This document shows positions 1-10,567 of a DNA stretch of 64,000 bases, in pieces. Below the pieces are notes generated by a model. That model made no database searches, was not told where the DNA came from, and worked only from the letters and a program-made list of their open reading frames with translations. The position numbers and the translations under genes are program-made. The stretch's first letter is position 1. Each line of letters opens with the position of its first letter. The stretch comes from Nitrospirota bacterium (GTDB lineage: Bacteria > Nitrospirota > UBA9217), in assembly GCA_963818475.1 (NCBI GenBank), contig CAWFSF010000003.1, positions 64,001 through 128,000 on the forward strand, read 5' to 3'.

Positions 1-343
1 TCCCTTCAATGACGAGGATAGTGTCGTATATGGTGTGAAGCCTAGCATCTATGGTTATCGGCTCAACCGGAGATACAGAGATGTCAACACTTCGTCGACC
101 GGATTGATTTTCTTGATGGTCGAAACGCACCATCGGAAATTCACTTCGCGCATGTGCATCGAGATATTTGACGAGCTGTAGATTTAATTGATTCTCAGAC
201 TGTGCGTCCCTTCGGTTTGGATCGTCTCTCCATGCTGGTAGTTGTCGCACAATATAAGCGATCGTTTTTGAGACAAGTGTGCCTTTTTGAATACCGGAAG
301 TAATACCGCCTTTGGTTTGCGCTGCAGCCGTTTTTTCGCTCAT
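1..343 (-). CDS. Partial ORF (runs off window edge), putative PD-(D/E)xK-like nuclease partner of the methyltransferase
   Basis: Not in ORF track. ATG at 343, just after the MTase stop, open to base 1: MSEKTAAAQTKGG...QSENQLNLQLVKYL...ENQSGRRSVDISV...TILVIEG(K). The E...D...EGK spacing is restriction-endonuclease-like. Confidence 0.6.
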   Translation of the reverse strand, partial: MSEKTAAAQTKGGITSGIQKGTLVSKTIAYIVRQLPAWRDDPNRRDAQSENQLNLQLVKYLDAHARSEFPMVRFDHQENQSGRRSVDISVSPVEPITIDARLHTIYDTILVIEG

Positions 344-345
344 AT

Positions 346-3207
346 TCAAAAGCCCTGCTCGCGCAAATCTAGAAGCGATTCATCAGCATCCCGTATAGCG
401 GTCGAAGGAATCCAATACCGTAGCCGGTCTGGCTTCACTATCAAAAATACATTTTGAGAATAGAACCGCAATACCCGTATGGTACGAAGAAATTTATACT
501 GCTCTTCGTGATAGATAAGCTTTCGCAAATCAGCCTCAATCCCTTTTTCGATCCAGGTCAGATTTGGCCGCTCTCCGAAATAGAATGGCTGACAAATGAG
601 ACCATCGAGATGAATGGTCGCCGCTGCTTTCAGATTATCGTAAACGCTGCCAAGCATTCGCATGAACAGATTGGCGTAGGCGTTGAGATCGCTTGGAGTC
701 GCTGCATTTTTCAAGAGCGCGGAATTCTGCCCGAGACGCACATAATCAGCCATATATTTAAGGACATCCACTCGTAGTGTTTCTTCCCAGAAACAGAATG
801 TCAACTCGCTCGGGTCTTCAGGAAACGGCAGCACATCTATATCTTGCTTCAGAATTGCTGTCGCCTTGCCTATTAGCGCTTGCGACCCATTTAGCATGCA
901 CGTGAACCGATACATGTCTCGGTTGTGTGCAATAGTGCTATAAATCGAACGGAGATCTGATTCCTGTGAGCGAGGCGCATGGATTCCTACGATTTTGTCT
1001 CGATATGCTATAGAACTCTTAGACCAAAAAGCAATGGGAAGCGACTCTGACTCTTTGATCATTACGAGCGGCGGAGTAAACCGCCTTTCATTTCGAGGAC
1101 TTTCGAATTTTGTTTCATTTACAACACCAATACTGCTTTCATCTATGCCGTCTATTGTAAGCGCTTCCGTAGGCAGGTATTTTTTACCTGTTAAAAAGGG
1201 AGCCTCTGTTTTACCGCTTCCTACAATGAAGCCCTCCCCATAGTCCCAATCCTTTTGCTTGGCGATGAATTCTTCTAATGTGCGCATGCGTCGTAGACGT
1301 TGCGAGAGGTCAAGCAGTCTTCCACCGCCGAGCAGGTTAACGCGCCACACATATGGGTCTGCCACTGCTTGTGCCTGGGTCACGTGATGTTGATCGTAAT
1401 GATCGATCTCAAAGCAAATTCGCTCATGCGCGCTATTCGTCCGGCGGAATGTCAGATGATTAATCCAGTGGTTCTCGTGTGGGGTTTTTGCTTGAACGAA
1501 CATTGCCACTGTTTTGGGGTCCGCCGCATCATATAAATTGCGTATCGAACTGAAATCGAGAATGGCATGCACCTGAAATTTTCGATGGATAGCGGCTCGA
1601 AACGCTTGTGCGTGACGATTATAAAGAATACCAGCGGGTTGAATCAGGCATAGCCGACCGTTTGGCCTAAGCAGGTTCAGCGTTTCCTCCAGAAATAGAT
1701 AGGCTGCTTGTTTGTCCGGCAACGATCCGCGTGTGCTGTCCCGCTGTTTCGCAAGCTTATCAATCTTCTTACCGGCTTCCGACAACTTGGATTCAAAGGG
1801 CGGATTGCCAACAACGATGTCGAATCCGCCCGTCGGGAGAGAAGGCTTGCCTTGTTGCGTATCGTCGCATAAGGTAAAGAAATCAGCTTCAAGCAGGTTG
1901 GATTCGTGGAGAGGATCGAATTTCAGTTCGCGCCAAATAACAGCAGGCTGCAAAGCATCGCAAACCGCGAGGCTCAGGCTGAAAGCCGTAAGATGAACGG
2001 CATTTGGGTCTAGTTCGACTCCATAAATACTTCTCTTCAAAATTCTCTTGAGAGTCTGAACGTCGGGTTTTCTCCACCCATGGCGGCTGCGCCAGACATT
2101 GACAAGTCTCTTGAATGCCCCAACGAGGAAAACACCAGAACCACACGCCGAGTCCAGAACCCGTTCATCGCCCGAAAGTTTATCGTACGGCATGGCATAG
2201 TCAAGCAGCAATGCGGCTAGGAAAGGCGGGGTATAAACTGCACCATGGCCACCATTGACGAAGCGCTGATAAAGGTGACTGATGACCTCGACGGGTAGAT
2301 GTGCAAAGGAGAACCGTTTCCAAAGATAGCGCTGTCTGCTGAGTGTTTTCGCCTCTACGAGTTCAGCAAAGCGAAGAAGCGCTTTTTTTGTAATTTTTTG
2401 CCGACCCTCAACTGGCAAGGAAAAAATATCACCGTTGAATTTTTCTTCCAGTCTAGCAAGCAGACGTAACACTTCCTCAGGTTCGCCTCCTTGCAGTACG
2501 TCAAAAAAGCCTCGAGCTCCCTTTCGATAGGCCCCGAACCAGCCGTCTCCCGGAAATACTCGCCGGTCCTCAAGATATTTGATCAACACCAGCAAAAAAA
2601 GCAGGCGTCGCAGAATCGGATGGTTTTCTCCTTCGAGCTCCTCATCTGCTTCCACTATCGCCTGAATCAGTTCTTGATGGGCAACTTTTGTGTGGTCCGC
2701 CAGCTTGCGGTTATCCGGATCTTCCCAGAAGGTTCCATCGGCAAGCGGAAAAATTGTAAATTTCCAGAGGTTGTCCGATATTTCGCCCGCTGTTTTTAGT
2801 GCGTCGATTTCAAAGGTTTTAGCCGGGATATAGCAGTATTCTTCATTTTTTGATTTCCAAAAGTCCGGGCCTCTTACACACGATAAAATATCAACTCTGC
2901 TCTGCCAGGCAACGTAAATCAACGGAGCCAGTCCGTATAACCAGACCTTCCAGTGGAGCTCAGCCAATTTTTTTTCATCGAGTCGGTGGTTTGAGTTGTC
3001 AACAATATAAGCCGCGATTTGGGACGACCGGCCGTCGGTAAACCGCCGAAAATAAATATAATCGACATGATCAAACGCCTTTGCCTCATTAACGGCCGCA
3101 CGCTCGTCAACGGCTAAATTGGCTCCTGCATTGTCACGCAGAGAGACGAGGCCGGGTGCTGATTTTCCCGCACTGATAAAATCGATTGTTTCAAGCTGTG
3201 TCGGCAT
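346..3207 (-). CDS. N6-adenine DNA methyltransferase (Eco57I/type IIG-like MTase with C-terminal specificity region), 953 aa
   Basis: GAVYTP, motif I VLDSACGSGVFL, YGVELD, motif IV GNPPF. Confidence 0.9.
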   Translation of the reverse strand: MPTQLETIDFISAGKSAPGLVSLRDNAGANLAVDERAAVNEAKAFDHVDYIYFRRFTDGRSSQIAAYIVDNSNHRLDEKKLAELHWKVWLYGLAPLIYVAWQSRVDILSCVRGPDFWKSKNEEYCYIPAKTFEIDALKTAGEISDNLWKFTIFPLADGTFWEDPDNRKLADHTKVAHQELIQAIVEADEELEGENHPILRRLLFLLVLIKYLEDRRVFPGDGWFGAYRKGARGFFDVLQGGEPEEVLRLLARLEEKFNGDIFSLPVEGRQKITKKALLRFAELVEAKTLSRQRYLWKRFSFAHLPVEVISHLYQRFVNGGHGAVYTPPFLAALLLDYAMPYDKLSGDERVLDSACGSGVFLVGAFKRLVNVWRSRHGWRKPDVQTLKRILKRSIYGVELDPNAVHLTAFSLSLAVCDALQPAVIWRELKFDPLHESNLLEADFFTLCDDTQQGKPSLPTGGFDIVVGNPPFESKLSEAGKKIDKLAKQRDSTRGSLPDKQAAYLFLEETLNLLRPNGRLCLIQPAGILYNRHAQAFRAAIHRKFQVHAILDFSSIRNLYDAADPKTVAMFVQAKTPHENHWINHLTFRRTNSAHERICFEIDHYDQHHVTQAQAVADPYVWRVNLLGGGRLLDLSQRLRRMRTLEEFIAKQKDWDYGEGFIVGSGKTEAPFLTGKKYLPTEALTIDGIDESSIGVVNETKFESPRNERRFTPPLVMIKESESLPIAFWSKSSIAYRDKIVGIHAPRSQESDLRSIYSTIAHNRDMYRFTCMLNGSQALIGKATAILKQDIDVLPFPEDPSELTFCFWEETLRVDVLKYMADYVRLGQNSALLKNAATPSDLNAYANLFMRMLGSVYDNLKAAATIHLDGLICQPFYFGERPNLTWIEKGIEADLRKLIYHEEQYKFLRTIRVLRFYSQNVFLIVKPDRLRYWIPSTAIRDADESLLDLREQGF

Positions 3208-3333
3208 TAGTTCCTTTAGCTAAACCAAATGTACCGTAGCATCATATCGACCTCTTGCAAATCTTAGCATCCGGAGTTGGGTCAGTGCGAGTGCATTGAT
3301 CGGTTCCAGGCGACATGTGGTGTTTGTGGTTTT

Positions 3334-3362
3334 ATTATAGGTGAACATCTGTTCATGGTCAA
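3334..3362 (-). promoter_or_regulatory. Sigma70-type promoter for MTase operon with palindromic operator in the spacer
   Basis: TTGACC-17 bp-TATAAT; spacer contains TGAAC-AGAT-GTTCA. Confidence 0.65.
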
Positions 3363-3738
3363 GGAATTTCTCGTTTGTTTTCATGTATTACAGTTGTCGT
3401 GGAGAATCGGATCCTGCTCCGTTGAGCCATACGATAGTTTCTGGACCTCAAGCGTTTTTGCCTCATATTACAAAGAAATCTGCGGGGGCGGTTTTTGGCC
3501 AGTTGGAAAAAGCATCGGAGCACCTGATGTAACGAGGATACTGGATTTGAGAAAAGGGAGCAAGGAAAATATGGGTCTGATCCGGTGATAGTGAAGCCAC
3601 GAGGTGACGCGGGATCGTGAAGCAACATCGATTACGAATGAAACTTACAATGATCTCGACTCTCTGATCACTGTGGAGTAGGAAGAACTGACCATCGCAC
3701 GTTTTACCAAAAATTTTGAAAGGCGCAACTGCCGATCT

Positions 3739-4056
3739 CTAGAGCCGCCATAGGTAAGTAGCAAACCATAAGGAGCAGCCTGACACTGCAAAGATTTTCT
3801 CAAATATATTGAGCCGGTCAGTATTAACAATAAAATAAATACTCAAGGGAGAAGTAAGAAAGCATGCGGTAAGGTAAATGCATTTCGGCAAGACATTCTT
3901 TCTGTCTGATTCTTCGAAAAGCGTGCAAAATGGACATTCGATCTCGTCTTCCAGCCGATGTCCGCACCGAACACATCTGGTCACGCCCACTATTTCGTCA
4001 AAGTTCTGTTGATCTTCCATTGTTTTCTGAATCCGGGTTTTATGGATCAGCTTCAA
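3739..4056 (-). CDS. Small membrane protein with zinc-ribbon (CxxC...CxxC)
   Basis: CVRC...CPFC followed by two hydrophobic segments. Confidence 0.6.
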   Translation of the reverse strand: MKLIHKTRIQKTMEDQQNFDEIVGVTRCVRCGHRLEDEIECPFCTLFEESDRKNVLPKCIYLTACFLTSPLSIYFIVNTDRLNIFEKIFAVSGCSLWFATYLWRL

Positions 4057-4066
4057 ATCTCGCGAC

Positions 4067-4273
4067 CTAGCCCCTCATAAAATAAGGCAAGGCCATGAGC
4101 ACAATACCGACAAGAACGATCAAAAACGAGTTCGTGAAAAAATAGGGGAAAACCATCAGCGCCATGCCGGACAGGAGCGCAATGAACCGTCCTTGTCTCT
4201 TCCCATATACGAAGTAGCCCATGCCGATCGAGCCGAACAAAAGACCCCAGAGTAACGATGCCGAACTATCCAT
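4067..4273 (-). CDS. Small integral membrane protein
   Basis: 68 aa, three hydrophobic helices, GMGYFVYGKRQ and FPYF motifs, RBS AAGGA. Confidence 0.7.
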   Translation of the reverse strand: MDSSASLLWGLLFGSIGMGYFVYGKRQGRFIALLSGMALMVFPYFFTNSFLIVLVGIVLMALPYFMRG

Positions 4274-4336
4274 GGTGTTTTCCTTAAATGAACAAATGGG
4301 TCGCTTTTCGACCTTTGTTCTTCGGCCAGTTCTGCA

Positions 4337-4942
4337 TTATTCTTTCTTCTTCAAATACTGCGGATACAGTTTGGTCGCACACTCGGGACAGAGACCGTGG
4401 CTGAATTCCACTTCCGAATGCTCGGAAATATAGGCTTCCATCTGGGTCCAATAGCCATGGTCGTCCCGGATCTTCTTACAGTACATGCAGATCGGCAAAA
4501 ATCCCCGCAGTGTTTTAATTTCCGTTGCGGAACGTTCCAGTTGAACGAGCAGTTTCTGGCGTCCGATGGCATAGCGTATAGAGCGCCCCAGCAGAACGTC
4601 GGTGATCTGGCCTTTGACAAGATAATCCTGGGCGCCTTTCTCAACAGCCTCGATGGCGAACTCATCATTATCGTAGCCGGTGAGTACGATGATGGGGACG
4701 TCGGGTGCATGCGCATGGGCCCTTTTAAAACCATCGAAGCCCGCTGCCGCGTCCGGCAGGCCGAGGTCCAGAAGCACGACGTCAAAGCCGCCTTTCTGTA
4801 AACATGCCAGCCCCTTGCTCAGCCGGTCAACATGCGTCACGTCATAATGAACGTTCGGCTTGCTGGACAGGTACCTCTGGATAAGTATTGCGTCACCAGG
4901 TTCGTCTTCTATGAGCAGCACCGCAATTGGCTTCGTAACCAT
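4337..4942 (-). CDS. Response regulator with C-terminal Cys-rich (LPICxxCKKIRD...SHGLCPEC) domain
   Basis: IED, DVVLLDLGLPD, GAQDYLVK receiver motifs. Confidence 0.9.
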   Translation of the reverse strand: MVTKPIAVLLIEDEPGDAILIQRYLSSKPNVHYDVTHVDRLSKGLACLQKGGFDVVLLDLGLPDAAAGFDGFKRAHAHAPDVPIIVLTGYDNDEFAIEAVEKGAQDYLVKGQITDVLLGRSIRYAIGRQKLLVQLERSATEIKTLRGFLPICMYCKKIRDDHGYWTQMEAYISEHSEVEFSHGLCPECATKLYPQYLKKKE

Positions 4943-4957
4943 AGGTGTAAACCCAAT

Positions 4958-6433
4958 CTAGAGAGAAACCGGGGTCTCTCGATCCTTTCCTGCGGGGACG
5001 AATAAATCCACCGTGGTCCCTTCGTCTTTCCGGCTCTTCACCGTGATCGTGCCGTTCATCATGGTGAGCATTTTTTTTACGATCACCAGGCCGAGGCCGG
5101 TGCCGTGAGCCTTGGAGGTATGAAAGGGTTTGAAAAGGTCTTTCAGGCGTTCCTCAGGTATTCCGCCTCCGTTGTCCCGTACCCGGATCCGCACCATCGA
5201 TCCTGACGAAGAAACGCTTGCCGAGATCCTGGGATCCTTCCGTTCTTTCAGGGCGTCCGCGGCATTCGTAAAAACGTTCAGCAAAACCTGCTGGAGCAGC
5301 CGGGGGTCCGCGTAAACGCTTGCCGCGTCCTGCTCGATATCGATCGCAATGCCCTTTTTCTCGAAGTCCTCTTTTACCAGGGCGAGGAAATTCCCCAGGA
5401 AATCCTCAAGGTCAACGTCCTGGAGCTCGGGTTTCTCGAACATGTTGAAATTCCTGAGGCTTCGCAAAAGATATTCTACTTTTCCACAACTGTCCAGTGC
5501 GCGATCGATGTATTTTGCGATAGTCGCCTTGTCAAAGGTGTCTATTTTTGCCTTGAGCAGGCTCAGGCCCATAATGACCGCGTTGACCGGATTGCCGATC
5601 TCATGCCGTACCCCCGTGAAGATGTAGCCGATGTTATTCATGGTGTCTACGGCCTGGGCAATCGATTCGAGCCTGAGCTTGTCGGTGACGTCGCGCTTCA
5701 GGAACACATAATTGAGGATCTCGCCCGAGGGGGCCTTGATCAATGAGTAGGTGCACTCTTCCTCATAGGGCGTGCCGTCCTTCTTCGTACTCGTAAGGCG
5801 GCCGGTCCAGGCCCCGTCCCGTTTCATCACGTCCCGCATCCTCCGGGGAAACGGTTCGTCAAGTCTGCCGCTGTCGAGAATGTGGAGTTCCTGTCCTTCG
5901 ACTTCTTGCCGGGTGTGGCCCGAGATCCTTTCGTATGACGGGTTCACATACTGGATCATGCCGTGCGGGTCGGTGATGACCACCGCATCCGCCGCTGATT
6001 CGACTGTGGCCGCCAGGCGAATGCGCTCCTCCTCCGCCCGTTTTCTTGCCCTCCGCGTGTCCGCCTCACGGAGCTCCCGTTCGATGGCGGGCGCCAATCT
6101 CGCCAGATTCCCCTTCAGGACATAGTCGTGCGCTCCCGCCCTCATCGCTTCGACGGCGACGTCCTCTCCAATATTGCCGGAGACGATGATGAAGGGGAGG
6201 TCGAGCCCGCTTTCCCTGAGCACTGACAGGGCGTGGAGACCGCTGAACCGGGGCATAACGTAGTCGGACGTCACGACGTCCCATGTCCGCTGATCGAGCG
6301 CTGCCAGCATCGATTCAGGGGTTTCAACGCGCATGAAGTCGGGCTGGTACCCGCTTTTTCGCAGTTGGACGAGCAGCAGCAGCGCATCGTCCTCCGAATC
6401 CTCGACTATCAGTATCTTGAGCTTTTTGGTCAT
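4958..6433 (-). CDS. Receiver-PAS-histidine kinase hybrid
   Basis: N-terminal REC, PAS, H-box RHEIGNP, DNGGGIP, GTGLGL. Confidence 0.9.
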   Translation of the reverse strand: MTKKLKILIVEDSEDDALLLLVQLRKSGYQPDFMRVETPESMLAALDQRTWDVVTSDYVMPRFSGLHALSVLRESGLDLPFIIVSGNIGEDVAVEAMRAGAHDYVLKGNLARLAPAIERELREADTRRARKRAEEERIRLAATVESAADAVVITDPHGMIQYVNPSYERISGHTRQEVEGQELHILDSGRLDEPFPRRMRDVMKRDGAWTGRLTSTKKDGTPYEEECTYSLIKAPSGEILNYVFLKRDVTDKLRLESIAQAVDTMNNIGYIFTGVRHEIGNPVNAVIMGLSLLKAKIDTFDKATIAKYIDRALDSCGKVEYLLRSLRNFNMFEKPELQDVDLEDFLGNFLALVKEDFEKKGIAIDIEQDAASVYADPRLLQQVLLNVFTNAADALKERKDPRISASVSSSGSMVRIRVRDNGGGIPEERLKDLFKPFHTSKAHGTGLGLVIVKKMLTMMNGTITVKSRKDEGTTVDLFVPAGKDRETPVSL

Positions 6434-6510
6434 AATAAAGCGATAAGGGTACCGGGTACACCGTACAGAGTTTCAAGTTCAAATACTCTGAACTTTTCAC
6501 TTACCTCACG

Positions 6511-6942
6511 TTAAGGTCTTTCATTCAAAAGCAGCCAGTAGAGACCCAGTTGCCTCACCGCTTCCGTAAACTGGTTGAAATCAACAGGTTTGCGGACAAA
6601 GCTGTTTGCACCGAGCTGATAACTGGTAATGCGGTCCTTATCTTCGCTCGAGGTTGTAAGGATGACCACGGGAAGAAGCCTGGTCCTCTCGTCCGCCCGA
6701 ATACGCTGGAGGACTTCCAGTCCATCGACTTTGGGCATCTTTAAATCGAGCAGGACCACCTGGGGTTGCTCCTCGCTGTTTCTGCCCGTGTACTTGCCCG
6801 TGGCGAAAAGATAGTCAAGCGCTTCGGCCCCGTCCTGCGCCACCACAACCTTATTCAGGATATTGCCCTTCTTCAGCGCGCGTACCGTCAGCTCTATATC
6901 GTCCTGATTGTCTTCAACCAATAAAATGACCTTGTTGTTCAT
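6511..6942 (-). CDS. Single-domain response regulator (Rcp1-like)
   Basis: [28 protein letters not shown] near C-terminus. Confidence 0.92.
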   Translation of the reverse strand: MNNKVILLVEDNQDDIELTVRALKKGNILNKVVVAQDGAEALDYLFATGKYTGRNSEEQPQVVLLDLKMPKVDGLEVLQRIRADERTRLLPVVILTTSSEDKDRITSYQLGANSFVRKPVDFNQFTEAVRQLGLYWLLLNERP

Positions 6943-7052
6943 TCTGCGCTCCTGACTTTTTTATATGCGATCCCGGACATGATGCCTGATGCGGATCCTA
7001 CCCCACCATTATAATCATTTCTGGTTTCATTTCAAAACTTTTTTGGTGATGC

Positions 7053-9885
7053 TCAGGACAGCGTAAAGTAAAACGTTGCGCCCTTGTTCACCTCGCCCTC
7101 AGCCCAGACACGGCCGCCATGGCGGTTGATGATACGCTGGACCGTGGCCAGGCCGATACCCAAACCCGCAAATTCATCTGTTCCGTGGAGACGTTGAAAG
7201 GCCGTAAACAGTTTATTCGAATAGCTCATGTCGAAACCCGTGCCGTTGTCTCGGACGAAGTAGGCGGTTTTTCCGTCGACCTGCCGGACCCCGAATTCGA
7301 CCCGGGCGGCGGCAGATTTTCCCGTGAACTTCCAAGCGTTCGCAAAAAGGTTGTCCATGACGGCCCGCAGCATTACGGGGTCTCCCTGGGCGGTTGCACC
7401 TTCTGCAACAATAAACTCCACCTGCCGGCCGGGATCCGCCTTTCGCAACTCGTCTATCGCCGCCTTCGCCAGCGCGCTCAGATCCACCGGTGCGCGCCTG
7501 AGTTCGCCTCGCGTCAGACGGGACAGATTGAGCAACGCATCGATAAGCTGCCCCATTTTTATGGTGGCCGCGCGCACGCGCTGAAGGTAGTTCTTTCCCT
7601 CGGCGCCCAGTTTATCAGCGTAATCTTCCAGGAGGGCAAGGCTGAAGCCATCGATGCCCCTGAGCGGCGTCCTCAGATCGTGGGACACGGAGTACGCGAA
7701 GGCTTCCAGTTCCCTGTTGGCGGCTTCGAGCAGGGCCGTGCGTTCCACCACGCGCGCTTCGAGTTCCTGGTTGAGCTTTTTGATCTCCTCCTCAGCTTGT
7801 TTGCGCTCGACGATTTTCCAGACCGAATCCATCAGGAGCGTCATTTGGCTGACGTCCCGGTCGGTGTAATCGGTGGGCCTGTTGGCAAAGCCTACGACCG
7901 CAACGATACTTCCTTCGCTGAAAACAGGGACGCTGAAGAACCGAAACAACGGCGCATGGCCTTCCGGGTAGCCTTTCTTCAAGGGGTGGGGAGCGTGAAA
8001 ATCATTTACGATGATGGGCTTGCGCTGCCTGACCACTTCGCCCCAGATGCCGGTTTTTTCAAGCTGGTAATCCGTCTGCGGGTTGGCGATCGTGCATTCA
8101 GCCATTACTTCCTTTGACCACGCGTGCAGGATAAAATCCCGCGTATCTTCACGGTAGAAATAGAGATAGCCGAATCTGCTGCCGGAAAGAGCAATCGCCT
8201 CGTCAAGCGCAAAATCCAGCAATGCTCCTAATGATGCAGCCTGAAATTGTGATATTGCTAAAATACTTTTGTTGCGCGCCTCGTCCAGCTTCTCGATTTC
8301 TTCCGCCCGCTTGCGCTCGGTAATATCGCGGGCCGCGGCAAATACGCCGAGGACGTTCCCGATTTCGTCGCGGTACACCGCGGCATTGTACAGGACCGGC
8401 GTAATGTGCCCGTCTCTGCGTCTGATCTCGAGCGCGTAGTCCATCACCGCGCCTTCCTGAAATACCTGTTGATATCCGGCCCTCGCCTTCGCCGGCTCCG
8501 TGAAGTAATCGGAAAATTCGGTGCCGATAAGCTCTTCGCGGGAACAGCCCGTCACGTTCTCCGTGGCAGCGTTCACATCGGTGATCTTGCCGTTTGTGTC
8601 TATGGTCACCAGCGGGTCGAGGCTGGCCTCGATCAGGCTTCGGTTGTAGGCGTTCGCGAGCTCCAGGATTTTCTCCGCTGCTTTCCGCTCAGCGACGGCA
8701 TTTTCCAGTTCGATCGTCCGCTCCCGGACCCGCCGATCGATCGCGCCCGTCATAGCGTCAAAAGCCCGTGAAAGCCGGCCGACCTCGTCTTGCGCATCAG
8801 TGCCGACGCGGTGGCTCAGGTCGCCCGCGGCGATGGCTTCGGCGCCTTTTTGCAAGGAAGCGTATGGGACCCGTGATCGTTCCGGCGATTTTTGACGCCA
8901 TGAACAATCCTACGAGCACCATGAAGATCCCCACCGAGATGATGATGTTTCGTAACCGCCCGATCGGCGCGTATACCTCCACTGCGTCGATCTTGGTAAC
9001 CAGTCCCCATCGCAGGAAGGGGAGGTAACGCCAGGCGGCAAAGACCTCCTGGCCATGATAATCATAGGTAACGCCGGACCCGTTTTCTCCCTGCGCCGCT
9101 TTTATTGCAGGGACCGCGATTTTATCGCGAAGATCCACGTTCCTCTTTAACGCAGCGTTCGGGTCATGCCGCAGGGGGCTCACGAACAACGTCCGGTCTC
9201 CCTCCCTTCGTGCAATTAACGCTTCGCCGGTCGTTCCCAGGCCGGTCGTGTCCTGGACAAAGGTGAAGATGGGGCCCATATCAAATACAATGGCGACCTC
9301 TCCGGCAAAAGCACCCCGCAAATCCCGTACCGGCGCCACGCCCAGCATGACGAATTGATCCCCCATGGTGAACACATCGGAAAAATAAATATCACTCTTC
9401 CCGTCAGTAAACTCTTTTTTGCCTGGCAGGGGCCTGTCGAGCTGCAGGGCGGCATGTTCGGCATTACTGACATACACGACCCTGCCCTGCTTGTCCGTGA
9501 GCATAACGTCCATGTAGTCAGATGCCTCCTGAAATGTCTTTATCTGATCGTCCAGCATTTTTTTTGCCTTCAGATATTCAGGGTTGGCCCTGCCGTTCTC
9601 ATGCCTGCTTAATACCGGCAGGTTAAGCTTGATATTGTAATAGTTCTGGGCCGCCCTGATGTCGGCCTTGCGTTCTTCAAAAAAAGTCTCGATCCTGTCC
9701 TTCTTTAGATCCGCGATGCTGTTCAGCTGGTCGATACGGACAGTCTTCAGAATGTGTTTGCCCTGAAAATAAACAACCGTTCCGAACACGATCAGCGGGA
9801 GGAGGGTGAACGCGATAAACAGGACGATCAATTTATTTTTGAGAGGCATGGGACTATCGGTCCTTTCGGAAATATCTTTAGCCAC
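7053..9885 (-). CDS. Membrane sensor histidine kinase (Cache-HAMP-PAS-GAF-HisKA-HATPase), frameshifted near 8850
   Basis: ORF 8797-9885 (TM, Cache, TM) joins ORF 7053-8855 (HAMP, PAS, GAF, SHDLRTP, GLGIGL) across a 1-nt indel. Confidence 0.85.
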
Positions 9886-10041
9886 GATAGCAGAGGCAGC
9901 GCCGACCGTGACTACATACGGATGACTTGAACGCTTGCATCATCCATCCTTCAAATAAAGATTAATTTTTCGTTCTCTCTGCGCATCTGCGTCTCTGCGC
10001 GAGTTCAGCCCTTTATTCCAGCTGGTGAATATGCTAAATAG

Positions 10042-10567
10042 GGATCTTCCGGGTTTTGTGTGGATAGTTTTTCACCCTTTATCGATTTTCTTGCATATCC
10101 CCTTCGCAGCCTGAATGAAATTTTTGACCCGCCTATGGCCACATCCGCTCGATCGCGCAAACTCGGCCTTTGGCCTCAGACAGTGCGCGCTCGCCCTTCC
10201 GGGACGCTTCTTTAGGCCAAGACGGGTGCCCAAAATTTCACCTGCACTCCGCGAGTGTAGGGCCGCTCCGTGGACATGCGGGGTTGTTTTAAATACGTTG
10301 CACCAGAAACTTCCCATGCGAAAATCTAGGCATGCGACCGAGTCCGAGGGTGAAGCATTTCGGACTGTCTGAGCCCGAAGGGCGAGTTTCCGAAATGTAC
10401 CGAGGACGACCGAGCATGCCGTAAAGGATTTTCGCCGGGTGCCCTTCTTTCGGTTACCTTTCTAGGGCAAGCAAGAAAGGTAACAGAAAACGCGTAAAAT
10501 GGCGCAAATACTGCTTAAGGTAAATCATATAGGCGCTTATTCCACCCACAAGAAAGCCAGAAGATCC
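10042..10567. mobile_element. Non-autonomous MITE-like element with terminal inverted repeats and 8-bp target duplication
   Basis: Ends GGATCTTC.GG / CC.GAAGATCC; CTAAATAG at 10034-10041 and 10568-10575; internal hairpins, no credible ORF. Confidence 0.75.
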
